Source of the DNA: Elsinoe ampelina
Taxonomy: Eukaryota
DNA: 64,000 bases
Direction: 5' to 3'
Assembly (NCBI GenBank): GCA_010093995.1
Contig: ML992501.1
Location: 1,855,583 to 1,919,582, forward strand
The notes below the pieces were generated by a model. It did not search any database and was not told the origin of the DNA. It saw nothing but the letters and a program-made list of their open reading frames with translations. The number at the start of each line of letters is the position of its first letter. The first letter of the stretch is position 1. The position numbers and the translations under genes were made by a program. Positions 35,569 to 46,600 of this stretch are shown piece by piece.

Positions 35569-38500
35569 CTACCACCCCCTTCTGCGTCCCTTGTACTCCT
35601 CGCCCTTCTCCTTCTTCCTCCTGATCTTACCCTCTACCTTTCTCGCTTTCCGCTTCTCTGCCCTCTCGGGCTGCGCGACTGCTTCGATTCTCCTCTTCAC
35701 CCGTCTGTCTTCTCGCTTCTCTCGCAGCTTGCTCTGAGCGCCACTGACTTCCTTGACGTACTTGCTGCTACCTAGCTTGGTTTGCAGGAGGCTCATCGTC
35801 TCTTGTGCGAGGTTGCAGAGGGTCGCGAATGATTCGGTGAATGTCGGGTTGGTAGAGACCGGCTTGGGAATGGATGAGTCTGTGAGGAGTAGAAGAGGGT
35901 GGACAATGGTTTGTGCAATCGCACTGTAGAGATCGGGGTCGAGGTGTGATAGCAGAGCATGGAGCGTCTGCAGGGCTGCGACCTTTGGCGGGACAGAAGT
36001 CGGCGTGGTCGCAGACTGGTTGCGACGGATGATAGAGCTCAACGAGCTGAGCAGGAACGTGAGAGCCGTCTTGACCTCAACATCGTTGTGTTGTTCATGC
36101 TCTTCGTCATCGATGCCGTTCTCCACATCGTCTTCGTCCGAGGCTGAAGACTCATCGCCGTGTCCGTTCAAGCCATTGAGTGGTTGATTGTCGTACTCCC
36201 ATACCATCCCATTAGCCCCAAAGCATCGTCCCAAGAAGACCAAGTTGCGGCATGTCTGCGCCAAAAGTTGTTCGCTAGAACCATCGTACCGTAGCACTCG
36301 TAGGCTTGTCAAGCACAATTGACGAAGCTCTTGTGCCGATACCATTACAACGCCAGTGGACGGCAGCGGTAGCTTGCCCAGCCCAACCTCTTTGTTGGCC
36401 TTTCCGACGTCCCCGAAAAGAACACCAACCAGTCTTGCTGCCGATAATTTGACCCAGGCGTGTGGAAAGACCAGGCAGCGGAAGACAGATGTCCAGATCT
36501 GTTTGGTCTTTGCAGCAAACGCCACGGTCGGGCTTGTCTTTGCAATCTCAGCGAACAGCTGCAGGGCGTAGTAAAGCATCTCCCACTCGTCCTGAGCGAC
36601 GGTCCTGTCCAGCGTCGGCAGCAGATCCTTGATCGCGCGCAACAAAAACTCAAGATCCTTGTCGCTCGTCTTCCCAACCTCGACGACCGTCTTCCACACC
36701 TGCAACCCCACTCTCCTCAACAAAACCTGATCCCCCTCAACCCACATCTTCAACACCCCCCTGAACGCCTGCTCCACCTCTCCCTCCGCCTTCTGCAACA
36801 CCTCCTTGATCAACACCCCCGCCATCTCCCTACACTCCCGATCATCATCATTCACCAACCTCAACACCAACGGCACAAAAACCTGATTACACAACTCCTG
36901 CCCCACCTCCCCACCCGTCCTCCTCACCAACCCATGCATACCCTCAAGCACACTCCTCCTGCCCTCAGGGTACTCATACTCCAGATTCCTCACCAAAAAC
37001 CCGACCTGCTTCTCCCACCTCCCCTTCGACTGAGGGTAATCCCCCACAAACCCCACCCACAGCCCACGACTCAACTCCCTCGCCCCCTTGGTCTGGTTCG
37101 TGACCATCATCTGCCCCACAGCATCCATGACCTCGTACACCTCGGCAATGACAATCTTGCGCCCGAGCACCGCTTTCAAGAAATTGAAAATCACCCCCTG
37201 ACGGTCCGGTTCTTCGAGGTCCGGCTTCGTGCGCTTGAGGACGTACGCGAGGTCTTGCTCGCGGATCTTGGCTTCTTTGTCGCGGAGCGCCGCCGAGAGG
37301 AGTTTGAGTGCGGCTTGCGCGGCTTCGGTGGTCATGGCCGGCGCGGCTTTGATGATCTTGACGGCTTCGGAGACGTAGGTTGCTGCGTTGCGGGCGAGTT
37401 CCGGGTGTGGGACGCGCATGATGGAGGTGAGGAGGCGGAGGGACGCGAGTTGGACTTCTTCGGTGCCGGTGACGAGGGATTCGCTTACGAGGGGGATGAG
37501 GCCGGCGATGTTGGCTGGGGTGCGGAGGGGTTCGTGTTTGGTGAGGATGGTGCGTAAGAGGTCGATTGCGAAGCGGGTGAGCTTGAACGTGTAGGATGAG
37601 GTGGTGGCTTTTGTGTTGGACTTTTGTGCAGAGTGCATCTGGATCAGATATCGGCGTGTCTTGTAGTCGTTGAAAGGTCTGCCACTCTTTGCTGGAGCCG
37701 GAGAGGCGGTCGTCTGCTGGATGATCTCGTAGCAGAAGACAAGGACCGAGCGATCTGTCACAGCTGGATTGGCGGTGACACCGAGGGCGATACGGCGGAG
37801 CAACTCGTCAAGCTTCTTAACAGTCCTGAGATCAAGCTTCTCCGAAAGCAGATTCTGTATGGGCCGGATGAGTTGACTGAGATGGGGAAGAGTTGTGATC
37901 TTAGCAATCAGATCCATCGAGTCGTAGCTCTTGCTGCTCTTGACCTCCTTCATGCGACTGATATACTCTTCCGCGTCCTTCTCTTGACCTACCACGCCGA
38001 AGATATCATCCATGATGATCATGACAATATCTGACAGACAGTGGTCTAGATCTCCTGGGCTGAGCTTTCCGAGATTCTCTACTAGAATGGAGTGCATGGT
38101 GAAGGATAACACGTGGAGTTGGTACCCACGTTGCAGAGAGCTCCGCAGTTCCTTGAGGATAAAGTGGAAATAGGATGGTCCAAGCAGAGCTGTGATTTCA
38201 GACAACGTCTTCCTCGTCATGTCCCGAGATCCTTGATCCCTACTGCGCAAGATGTGGCAAAGGTCAAGCAGCACGGCTGGCAGCTTCGTGAGCATGATAT
38301 CTTCAGGAAGACACTTGAGAAGCTTGACAACCACGACGCCAACTGGCACTCGAAGGCTGACTGTCGATTCATCCTTGAGATGCAGGAAGCTGGTCAAGGG
38401 CGGCAACAATTGCTCAGTAATACTTGTCGCGAGGGCTTGCGGTGGTGGCAGTGTACGCTGCAAGGCACCACTAGCAGGCCTGTCAGATGGTTCGGTATCC

Positions 38501-41500
38501 ATCGCTTCGCCGTGGTGGCTTGCTGAGGTCGAGCATGCTTTATAAAGGCCTTCGATGACAGCTCCAACCAGACGAAGCACTGTCTTCTCTTTGCCTTCCA
38601 TATCCTTCATCATGCCAATGTACTTGCGCAAGGTCGACTTGTATTGTGACCAGTTGAGACATGCGGTCAGGGCGCTGATGGATGTAATTGCTTCTGCAGT
38701 GAGATTGTGTGAGCTCTCATCTTGCGCGGCATTCATGACAAAGTGCTCAAGGAGTGGTAGAAATATATTCGCCACATTTGAGCTCGACAGCTGCGCCTTT
38801 TGAGCTTCAGACGCCAGTCGTCGCAGAGCTCGAAGTCTTCGGTGTTGCTGTACGTGGAGAACATTGGCGAAGAAGGAAGCCTCTTCATCACTGCCAGCTA
38901 GCAGGGGCGTGAGATTGGCGAGGTCGGCAAAGGATTCCAGACGCTTCACCATGTGGCTCAAGACTGTGAGGTACTCGATGCGGACCAGCTCAGACGATTG
39001 ATACATTCCGCTGTGCATTCCAGGAACAAGCACCTTCGATACCAGCTGACGGAAACCCTCGGTCTCATTGTCGTTCGCGAGATGCTTCTCAACAGCTTCG
39101 ACGAACCTCTGCAGACTGAAAGACGCACTTGTCCTGATGCTCAACTCGTCATTGTCTCTAATGTAGTAGAACATGTTGTGCAGTAGTGGTCGCCACTGGT
39201 CTGGGCTAAGCTGGATGTACATTTCGTCGTTGATCTTGGAGAAGGCCATCTCGCGTCGATCGAAATCAGGCTCATCGATCTTGCCTGTGGCAAAAGAGTT
39301 GAGGTCTTGACAAAGTTGAGCAGCCTGTTCGAGATCCGTTCTGCCAGCACAGAGACTGCTCAACACATTGCATAGGTCTTGCCGGCTTTCCCGATCGCGG
39401 AAGAGTGTGAAGAGTGACGAGGTCGACCGAAAGGCTGCGGTGAATATCTTCTCGTCAATGGCAGTGGTGTTGTCTCGGCCACTCAACAAGCGATGTATCG
39501 TCAACAACAGTTGTCGTTTAGTAGGTACGGGGACTTTCTTGTTTGTCTCCTGAAGTAGACCCGAGCCGATAATGATGAAGTCATCCACGTCCTTCTTGTC
39601 CTTGACTAGGCCGGCGATGCTCAACGTGCATGCCAAGGAGGAATCAAGTATCTGCTTTGACGGTGTCTTTTGCATCAGGTCACTGACTGCGTGCAGGAAG
39701 CGTGATGCGTGCTGCTGGAGCTCGGCACGGAGATTTGAATAGTTCTCAACATCCCCATTCATGACCACATCCTCGCCATCCGAGATATGCCTGAGCAGGT
39801 GGCCCAAGATCTCGTCCAAGACAAATACCTTGACTTGGTCGGGACAGAATGATGACTCGAGACATTCGATTAAGGCTGTGGTCAAGCCTGGGGTCTGCTT
39901 GATCAGCTTCTCCGAAGCGGAGCCTGATCTTGACCACACTGAAAGCAGCTTGAGCAGTCCAGAGATTGATTGCGCTACCTCGGGGACGAATTTATCGAGG
40001 CGTGGCAGAAGCAGTTGAAGGATTGTGATTGTGCTGATGGACTGCCAGTCCGCGGTGGGGGCGTATGTATAGGCGTGAACCAGACATGCATAACCTGATC
40101 GGCGGATAGCCTTGTAAAGAGAGGCGTGAGACTCATCCTCTGCCCCTTCGTCATCAGCATCTGAGCCCTGCTTAGCGCTCAGAAGACATGACAGAGCTAC
40201 GCCGGCCAGTCGTGTTGAGTAAGGTTCCAGCTCAGAGCCTAGGGTGTCGTACATGTCGCTGATCATGTTCAATACACCGACCTGTTTACGGGGATGGGCT
40301 TTCGTTGCCGTGAGGAATTCGGTCGAAGTATTCCCCACAGGCTCCAAAGCAATGGCGATGAATTGTTCCAGAATGCTGCCCGGAAAACGATTAAGAGCAC
40401 CAAAAACTGCCTTTCTCTTCGTCTGCTTGCCTCGGACACCAGACGCATTGCCAGTGCGATTGACAAGAAGACCGTACAGGAGCCGCAGTAGAATCGGAGA
40501 CAGCACTTCAATGTCCTCTGGTCTGATGCCTTCCTCTTCATCGATGCGAAGAAAGACCGATATCTCTTCCCTGAATCGCGCATCGTCCAGAAAATTCAAC
40601 AGATGCTCTTGGTAGCGTACGACCTGCTCCTGCTTCCACGCCAAGAGAGCTTTCAGTGCCGACTTCTGAATCTCTGCATCACCATTCGTGAGCAGTTTCA
40701 GCAGTGCTTGATAAGACTCGTTCGACTTGAACAGGACTCTCGGGTTCTGGAATTGGGCAAACACGTCCAGCATTGCTTTCTGGTCTTTCCTGTTCCAGCG
40801 TTGCATAGCAGAATCTGCTTCACCATCATCTTCAACATCTTGGTGCACCCAGCGCAGTAAGACTGGTGTCAAGAGTCGTGATCGTTTCTCCGCTAGCTGA
40901 GTATTTGCCCGCAGTACTCTCAGCGCTTGGCTACGGTTGAAGCTGTGATCGAGGGAATGTGCCTGCGTACTCGACTTGAACATTTGTTCAAGCTTACCAG
41001 CAGTGTCTTGACAAGCCGCCTGCGCGTTCGATACAGCAGCCTCGATCTGATTTACATTCGAGCACTCGAAATCTGAGCGATTGGGGGCAGCTTCGTGCGA
41101 ATTCCAGTCCACCGACACGAGTGATTCATCGTCCCTACCTCCTTCCAGCCATTGGGACACAATTTCTGTGGTCACCGTCTCTGCCTGCTCAAATCTCGCA
41201 ATTTCTTTGAGAATCACGGCAGCGTCTTCCCAGGCTTGAGAAAGGCGTAGGTGCATGACTCCGAAAAGATACGTCGGTACTATCTTGCTGATCTCGGGAT
41301 CGGACAAACATGCTTCATAGCCTAATCCGAGTCTTCGAATTTGCGAAGAGATGAATCGGGCAGTCGGTACTGAGGGGTTGGTCTCCTCGATACTGACTAC
41401 GATTTCCAAGAGCTCTGGGATCGCCTTTTCCCGGAGCTTATACAGCATCTGGATGACCTTGAGACTGACGGATCGTAGCTCATGGCTTGGAGCTCGCAGA

Positions 41501-43368
41501 CAAGTGAGGGCTGCTTGGAAGAGGTCTTCGAGAGCTGCATCGGGGATGCTCTTTCCTGCCTGTTGCAGCTGCTGTAGACCTGAAAGAATCGCCTCCCAGT
41601 ACGCCAAACCAGACATGTAAGCATTCGCCCGCCCAGCCAAGTCTTGTACCTGGGTTGCTGAGGGGCAGATGACAGAAGCTGCGAAGAGTAGACCTTCTCC
41701 GTGTAAGAACAAGTCATGTTCCGTTTTGGATCCCTGGGTGGCTTGATCAATCTGTTTCCATAGTGACTGGGCAATCTTCTGCTGGTGATCGCTGCTATGA
41801 GATTTTGTGACTCGAAGCAGCCGCAAATATGCAGCATTAATGCTCGCTGCTGTATTGGTCCTCTGCGAAGTCGTGGCGAGTCCGTCGACCATCTTTTGTT
41901 GCCAGTCTGCAGGACAAACGAGCTGGGCGGGGCCCATTGCGTTCAGTTCTTGTAATCTAGGGATGACTGCCAGTAGATCCGTCTCCATCTGCTTCCAATT
42001 GCCAGCCACAAACTTCTGGAAGGATCCGAGAAGCAAGTCCTTGAATCGATCAGGAGCAAGCTCAGCAACCATGTAGCAGAACGGCAGAAATTTCGGTGTC
42101 CAGTATCCTTGCGGGACGCTTGTGAAGACTGACGTTCTTGCCATGATTGTCGTGATTGGTGCAGAAGTGCTGACAACTGCAAGCAGACGCAGAACAGCAT
42201 CCTGTGTGGCAGAACTTGTACCCAGCATCGAAGACTCTGCAGACTGGACAAAGCCAATCGCGGTGTCTGCGACATCTCGCCAGTCCGATATTCTTGTTCC
42301 CTTCCTTGTGGCTACTGCGACGTATAAGAATTCTGCAGAGAGTCGGAGGTGTGTCTCGTCGGCCTCTGCATCTCTTGAAAACTCCAGCAAGCTCTTCTGA
42401 ACCGGCTCAAAACCGTTCGAGTCTGTGTAGTGTATGACACTGATCAGCGTCCCCTTGATCACCGTCAACAAAGCATGCTCTTTCTGGTCTCCAGCCTTCT
42501 CCGTATAAGCGTATAGCTTCTCCAGCACCACCACCCCATCCGGATGCGTCCCACCCTTGATCCCCTTGACCGTCTCTGAAAACGCAACCTTCAGCCCCTC
42601 CTCCCACAACGCATGCTCTTCCTCACCAAACCCCTCCAACAACCACCCCAACACCCTTCCCAACCTCTCCTCCTCCTTCGCCGCCCTCCTCAACAAAAAC
42701 CCCACCACCTCCCCCATAAACCTCACCACAAACGGCCTCTGCCTCTCCCTCCCCAACCAATCCCCAATCCCCCTCCACCACCTCCCCGCCACCTCCCCCT
42801 CCCCCAACAACACCCGACTCATATACTTCACCAACCACCCAAGACAATTAAACCCCCACTCCAACCCCTCCACCTCCTCGGTCCTGCTCACCTTCCTCCC
42901 CACCACCTCAAAAGCCCGCTCAAACCACCCCTCAAACCTATAATCCAAATCATGCGCCAGGTGACCCACCAACGCAAACAACGGCTCCAGCGCCACCGTC
43001 TCCGCCTGACCCACGGCCCCCAAAAGCCTCTCGACGAGCCACCCCTCGTTATGCACCACCTGCACCAAACTCTCGCTCCGCCCCAGCGCTTCCTCGGCAA
43101 ACGCCCCGAAGCCCGCGCTGAGGTTCACGTCCAGCCATTCGCGCAGCGCAGTGGCGAAGTACGACGAGGAAGTGGATGAAAGGTCGGCGCTCACGGGGTC
43201 GAGGTCGGGCCGGGTGCGCGAGCGTAAGGGGGCGATCTTGAGCGAGGCGATGCGTTGCGAGAAGGGGAGGAAGTGGTGGTTTCGCGAGGAGGGGGTGGGG
43301 CGGCGGCGTTTGGTGGGGGCGACGATTTTGGTGGCTTTGGGGCGGGAGGGGCCTCGGGAGGGTGCCAT
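35569..43368 (-). CDS. UTP20: U3 snoRNP / SSU processome HEAT-repeat protein Utp20
   Basis: 2599-aa ORF; FSQRIASLKI..EWLDVNLS, DEPDFDRR, FFANVLHVQQHRRLRAL, RGYQLHVLSFT, MKEVKSSKSYDS, NLEYEYPEGRRSVLE, basic C-terminus. Confidence 0.95.
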   Translation of the reverse strand: MAPSRGPSRPKATKIVAPTKRRRPTPSSRNHHFLPFSQRIASLKIAPLRSRTRPDLDPVSADLSSTSSSYFATALREWLDVNLSAGFGAFAEEALGRSESLVQVVHNEGWLVERLLGAVGQAETVALEPLFALVGHLAHDLDYRFEGWFERAFEVVGRKVSRTEEVEGLEWGFNCLGWLVKYMSRVLLGEGEVAGRWWRGIGDWLGRERQRPFVVRFMGEVVGFLLRRAAKEEERLGRVLGWLLEGFGEEEHALWEEGLKVAFSETVKGIKGGTHPDGVVVLEKLYAYTEKAGDQKEHALLTVIKGTLISVIHYTDSNGFEPVQKSLLEFSRDAEADETHLRLSAEFLYVAVATRKGTRISDWRDVADTAIGFVQSAESSMLGTSSATQDAVLRLLAVVSTSAPITTIMARTSVFTSVPQGYWTPKFLPFCYMVAELAPDRFKDLLLGSFQKFVAGNWKQMETDLLAVIPRLQELNAMGPAQLVCPADWQQKMVDGLATTSQRTNTAASINAAYLRLLRVTKSHSSDHQQKIAQSLWKQIDQATQGSKTEHDLFLHGEGLLFAASVICPSATQVQDLAGRANAYMSGLAYWEAILSGLQQLQQAGKSIPDAALEDLFQAALTCLRAPSHELRSVSLKVIQMLYKLREKAIPELLEIVVSIEETNPSVPTARFISSQIRRLGLGYEACLSDPEISKIVPTYLFGVMHLRLSQAWEDAAVILKEIARFEQAETVTTEIVSQWLEGGRDDESLVSVDWNSHEAAPNRSDFECSNVNQIEAAVSNAQAACQDTAGKLEQMFKSSTQAHSLDHSFNRSQALRVLRANTQLAEKRSRLLTPVLLRWVHQDVEDDGEADSAMQRWNRKDQKAMLDVFAQFQNPRVLFKSNESYQALLKLLTNGDAEIQKSALKALLAWKQEQVVRYQEHLLNFLDDARFREEISVFLRIDEEEGIRPEDIEVLSPILLRLLYGLLVNRTGNASGVRGKQTKRKAVFGALNRFPGSILEQFIAIALEPVGNTSTEFLTATKAHPRKQVGVLNMISDMYDTLGSELEPYSTRLAGVALSCLLSAKQGSDADDEGAEDESHASLYKAIRRSGYACLVHAYTYAPTADWQSISTITILQLLLPRLDKFVPEVAQSISGLLKLLSVWSRSGSASEKLIKQTPGLTTALIECLESSFCPDQVKVFVLDEILGHLLRHISDGEDVVMNGDVENYSNLRAELQQHASRFLHAVSDLMQKTPSKQILDSSLACTLSIAGLVKDKKDVDDFIIIGSGLLQETNKKVPVPTKRQLLLTIHRLLSGRDNTTAIDEKIFTAAFRSTSSLFTLFRDRESRQDLCNVLSSLCAGRTDLEQAAQLCQDLNSFATGKIDEPDFDRREMAFSKINDEMYIQLSPDQWRPLLHNMFYYIRDNDELSIRTSASFSLQRFVEAVEKHLANDNETEGFRQLVSKVLVPGMHSGMYQSSELVRIEYLTVLSHMVKRLESFADLANLTPLLAGSDEEASFFANVLHVQQHRRLRALRRLASEAQKAQLSSSNVANIFLPLLEHFVMNAAQDESSHNLTAEAITSISALTACLNWSQYKSTLRKYIGMMKDMEGKEKTVLRLVGAVIEGLYKACSTSASHHGEAMDTEPSDRPASGALQRTLPPPQALATSITEQLLPPLTSFLHLKDESTVSLRVPVGVVVVKLLKCLPEDIMLTKLPAVLLDLCHILRSRDQGSRDMTRKTLSEITALLGPSYFHFILKELRSSLQRGYQLHVLSFTMHSILVENLGKLSPGDLDHCLSDIVMIIMDDIFGVVGQEKDAEEYISRMKEVKSSKSYDSMDLIAKITTLPHLSQLIRPIQNLLSEKLDLRTVKKLDELLRRIALGVTANPAVTDRSVLVFCYEIIQQTTASPAPAKSGRPFNDYKTRRYLIQMHSAQKSNTKATTSSYTFKLTRFAIDLLRTILTKHEPLRTPANIAGLIPLVSESLVTGTEEVQLASLRLLTSIMRVPHPELARNAATYVSEAVKIIKAAPAMTTEAAQAALKLLSAALRDKEAKIREQDLAYVLKRTKPDLEEPDRQGVIFNFLKAVLGRKIVIAEVYEVMDAVGQMMVTNQTKGARELSRGLWVGFVGDYPQSKGRWEKQVGFLVRNLEYEYPEGRRSVLEGMHGLVRRTGGEVGQELCNQVFVPLVLRLVNDDDRECREMAGVLIKEVLQKAEGEVEQAFRGVLKMWVEGDQVLLRRVGLQVWKTVVEVGKTSDKDLEFLLRAIKDLLPTLDRTVAQDEWEMLYYALQLFAEIAKTSPTVAFAAKTKQIWTSVFRCLVFPHAWVKLSAARLVGVLFGDVGKANKEVGLGKLPLPSTGVVMVSAQELRQLCLTSLRVLRYDGSSEQLLAQTCRNLVFLGRCFGANGMVWEYDNQPLNGLNGHGDESSASDEDDVENGIDDEEHEQHNDVEVKTALTFLLSSLSSIIRRNQSATTPTSVPPKVAALQTLHALLSHLDPDLYSAIAQTIVHPLLLLTDSSIPKPVSTNPTFTESFATLCNLAQETMSLLQTKLGSSKYVKEVSGAQSKLREKREDRRVKRRIEAVAQPERAEKRKARKVEGKIRRKKEKGEEYKGRRRGW

Positions 43369-43649
43369 TCTGTGTGGCTATGGAATGGAAGAAAGCTCGT
43401 GGGATTGTGGGTGTGAGATGCGCATGGGTGGTGTTGGTGGGACGGTTGGAGCGGAGGAAATTTTGGAGAGGGAACTTTTTTTGCGGAGAAGTTCCGCGGA
43501 AGTGCTGGGAGCTTGGACCATGTGTTTGGATAGGACGACGATGGCAGTGCGGGTACAAGCATGTGAGACGGAAGATGTGGAATGTGAAATTGATCATTAT
43601 ATGCGACCATGGTATCGTGAAATAAACAACGCCCTATACGCTATATGCA

Positions 43650-46600
43650 TCAGATGAACCCTTCCCCTCCACTGATCAGGCTCATTCTGCTCCTCGCACC
43701 TGTCCCTCGACTCCCACCTTCGTCTACATCCATGACACCGCTCCTCCGTCTGACGACTCGCTTGCTATGCTTGCTCGTCGCTACCAACACCTGAGCAGGG
43801 CAAATCACTGCTTCGTCGCCACCTTCACCACTATCGTCTCCCTTCTTCATGACGAGGGGAAAGAGTACAATCTTCACTACTGATCCGGTGCTCTGCAGCT
43901 CTTCGTTGCTGACATATTCACCACTGCGCTCGTTCATCGTCTCAGCGTCGAATTTTGTCTTTCGGACCAAGTCTCCGTTGCTATCGTACTCCGGCGTTGG
44001 CGGTGGAAGCATGAAATAGTCCGCTCTTTGCGTCCGCATCTCGATGCTGAGATCAATGGCGAGTCGGAGAACCTTCTTCAGGCTTGCTTGAAGCTGTCCT
44101 TCCGCAGATTTTGGCGGTGGTAAGAGTGCTGCGAGTGTAGCGTATATCTCCTGCGTGACCGCCTCGTGATCGAGGTTCTTCTGGGTGGAGAATGCTGGTC
44201 GGCGTGCCAGTAGCGTAAGTGTTGTTGCGCGCCACTGCGCCACTGCTCGGGGTGGTCCAACTTCCAGTAAGATCTTCTCTAGTGCTTTGAGCTTCTGCCG
44301 CTGCTCTCTGTCCATACCAAAGAGATAGCGGGTGAAGACATACTCCCAGACCATCATCATGACAAGCGCCATGAAGACGTCGCGCCGCCGCACCCGATCC
44401 ACGAGAAGTGTATCGACATCGCTTCCATCGAGCATTGTATTGTCTAGTCTTGTCTCCAGCTTGTCATCCTTCAGATCGCTTGATAGGCGACAGGCTCTGT
44501 TGTCAGACGATTTGGAGAAGCGCAAGACCCATGCCTGGACATGCTGGCAGAGTTTCTGACAGGCTCCATCAAAGTAATCTTCATCGCGTACAGTGAGGTA
44601 GTCGTCAGTAGCAGTAGCTTGAATCCGTGCTTGCAATGCCCGAATCTCAGAAGTGGCGTAGTCCAGTTCTGCTCTTAGCCGAGCGATCTCAGTATCCTTG
44701 TCTTCCAGTGCAGTATCGATATGTTGTCGGACGATTGACTCCATGCCATTCGATAGTTGGGAGTGCTCATGGCGGAGCTTTTCGAGCTCGCGGATTGATT
44801 GTTGCCACTGCGCATTGGCATAAGAGTGCTCTTCTTGAAGTGTGCCATATCGATCATTTGTGTCGGCAATCAAATTCTTGTTCGCTTCAGTCAATGTCGC
44901 ATTGAGATCCTTTAGCTGCTCCAATTCTTGCTTGAGCGGTTCAAGCATGGCCTTGATTTGGTTGATCTCGGCGTCCTTTTCTCGCAACCTCATCTCACTG
45001 TTGGCGACTGACTGTCGCGTCGCATTCTCGTCGCCATCAATATCCATATCATTTCTTGCATCCTGCAGTCGTCGATTCTCCGAGACCAATGCTTCGACCC
45101 GTGCTTCCATGTCAGCAATGTACATGCTTTGCTTGCGCCGGACACTTTGAGGTCGAGTCGGCGATGTGGCCATTGGCTCGCCATCGCCGTACCCTTCATA
45201 AATGTCCGACATGGCGCGAGTCCTAGTATTCAAGCCCCGCTCGTCATCATTCAACGGCGGGGTTGGCGGTGCGCGGAAAGGTGGGATGGAATTGTTTGTT
45301 TGGGCAGCAGTGGATCCAAGGTTCAAAGCGTCACCCCGCCGAGCTGCCGTCCGAAGATCACCCGACGCCGACCGGTCCGTGCGTCGCAGAGATGGTGTCG
45401 CGCTCTCATTGCTGATAATGCTTGCTGTGATGCTGGGAGCACGAACCGGGTCGGGACTTTTCAATCGCTGTAGGCTGCTTGCTGAAGTGTTGCTGATGCC
45501 AGTGGGCGATCGAAGTGCCTCCAGTCTCGTCTGACTCGTCGAAGGTTGCGACCCCTTTACATCTCGAAGTGACAGTTCAGGTGGGATCTGGGAGCTGGAG
45601 TCTATACGATCGCGGAATGATTGTTTGGGCGTGTCAGTCCGTCGCGTTGTTTTTATTGCGTGGTCAGGAAGTCCAACATCGGAAGCTGATTTGCCGCGCT
45701 TGCGCTCTGCCGATTCCGTGGGTATGTAGTCCAGGGGTATAACGGGAGAAGCCGACCGATTTTGTACGTCCTTTTTGGCTCGGCTGTTCGTTGACTCGGT
45801 CGATTGCTGCCCATTCGATGGAGGCGTCGCGAAGAGGTAAGAAGTCCGGTTCTTGGTCGTTGACTCCACTGGGGATGGTCCTCTGCTTCCTGTCGCCAAC
45901 TTCTCCTCAACAACATCCTGAGAACGTGTCTTCTTCACCGGCATCTCCCATTGCTCCCAACTTGCCACAGACTCCTTGTCAGCATTGAGATCACTCGCGC
46001 CGGTCTCCATGATTGTCTCTGGGACACCGTACTTCTCACCAGAGTTGCGATTTGATCGATCAGTGATGGTATCGTAGCCACTGTCTCTGATCGTCTCTCG
46101 TGGCTTATCATCTTCCGGCAGGAAAAGCGACTCTGGTACGCCGCTGTCTCGGCTCTTGTCCAGAACATCGAAAGACCATCCGGGTGTATTGACGATTCCG
46201 GCAGGGCTTGGATCACGAGGTTTATCCAATTCACGTGATTGTTCTGTTGTTGCCAACGAGCCTTCCCGACCTCTTGGGAGCTTACTGACAGTCGTAGGTA
46301 GACTCTGCGAGATCTCGGAAGTGTGCATCATGCCGACACTTGAAGTTGACGCTGGCGCTGCGTCGATGGCAGCAATGGTGGTCTCTGATGGCTCTTCTTC
46401 CGTTGGCGTCTCGGCATTCCAGTCAAATGCAGATCCTCGCTTCTTCTTTTTGGATTTCTTGCTCGGGAGATCTGGCAGTGGGGTCTCGACGACTGGTTGC
46501 TTGACAGGCTCGGGAATAGCTTCGATCTCTAAAGCGCTTCCTCGTTTCCCTTTGCCCTTTCCCTTCTTACCCTTTTTGATAGGCAGTGCCCATTCATCGT

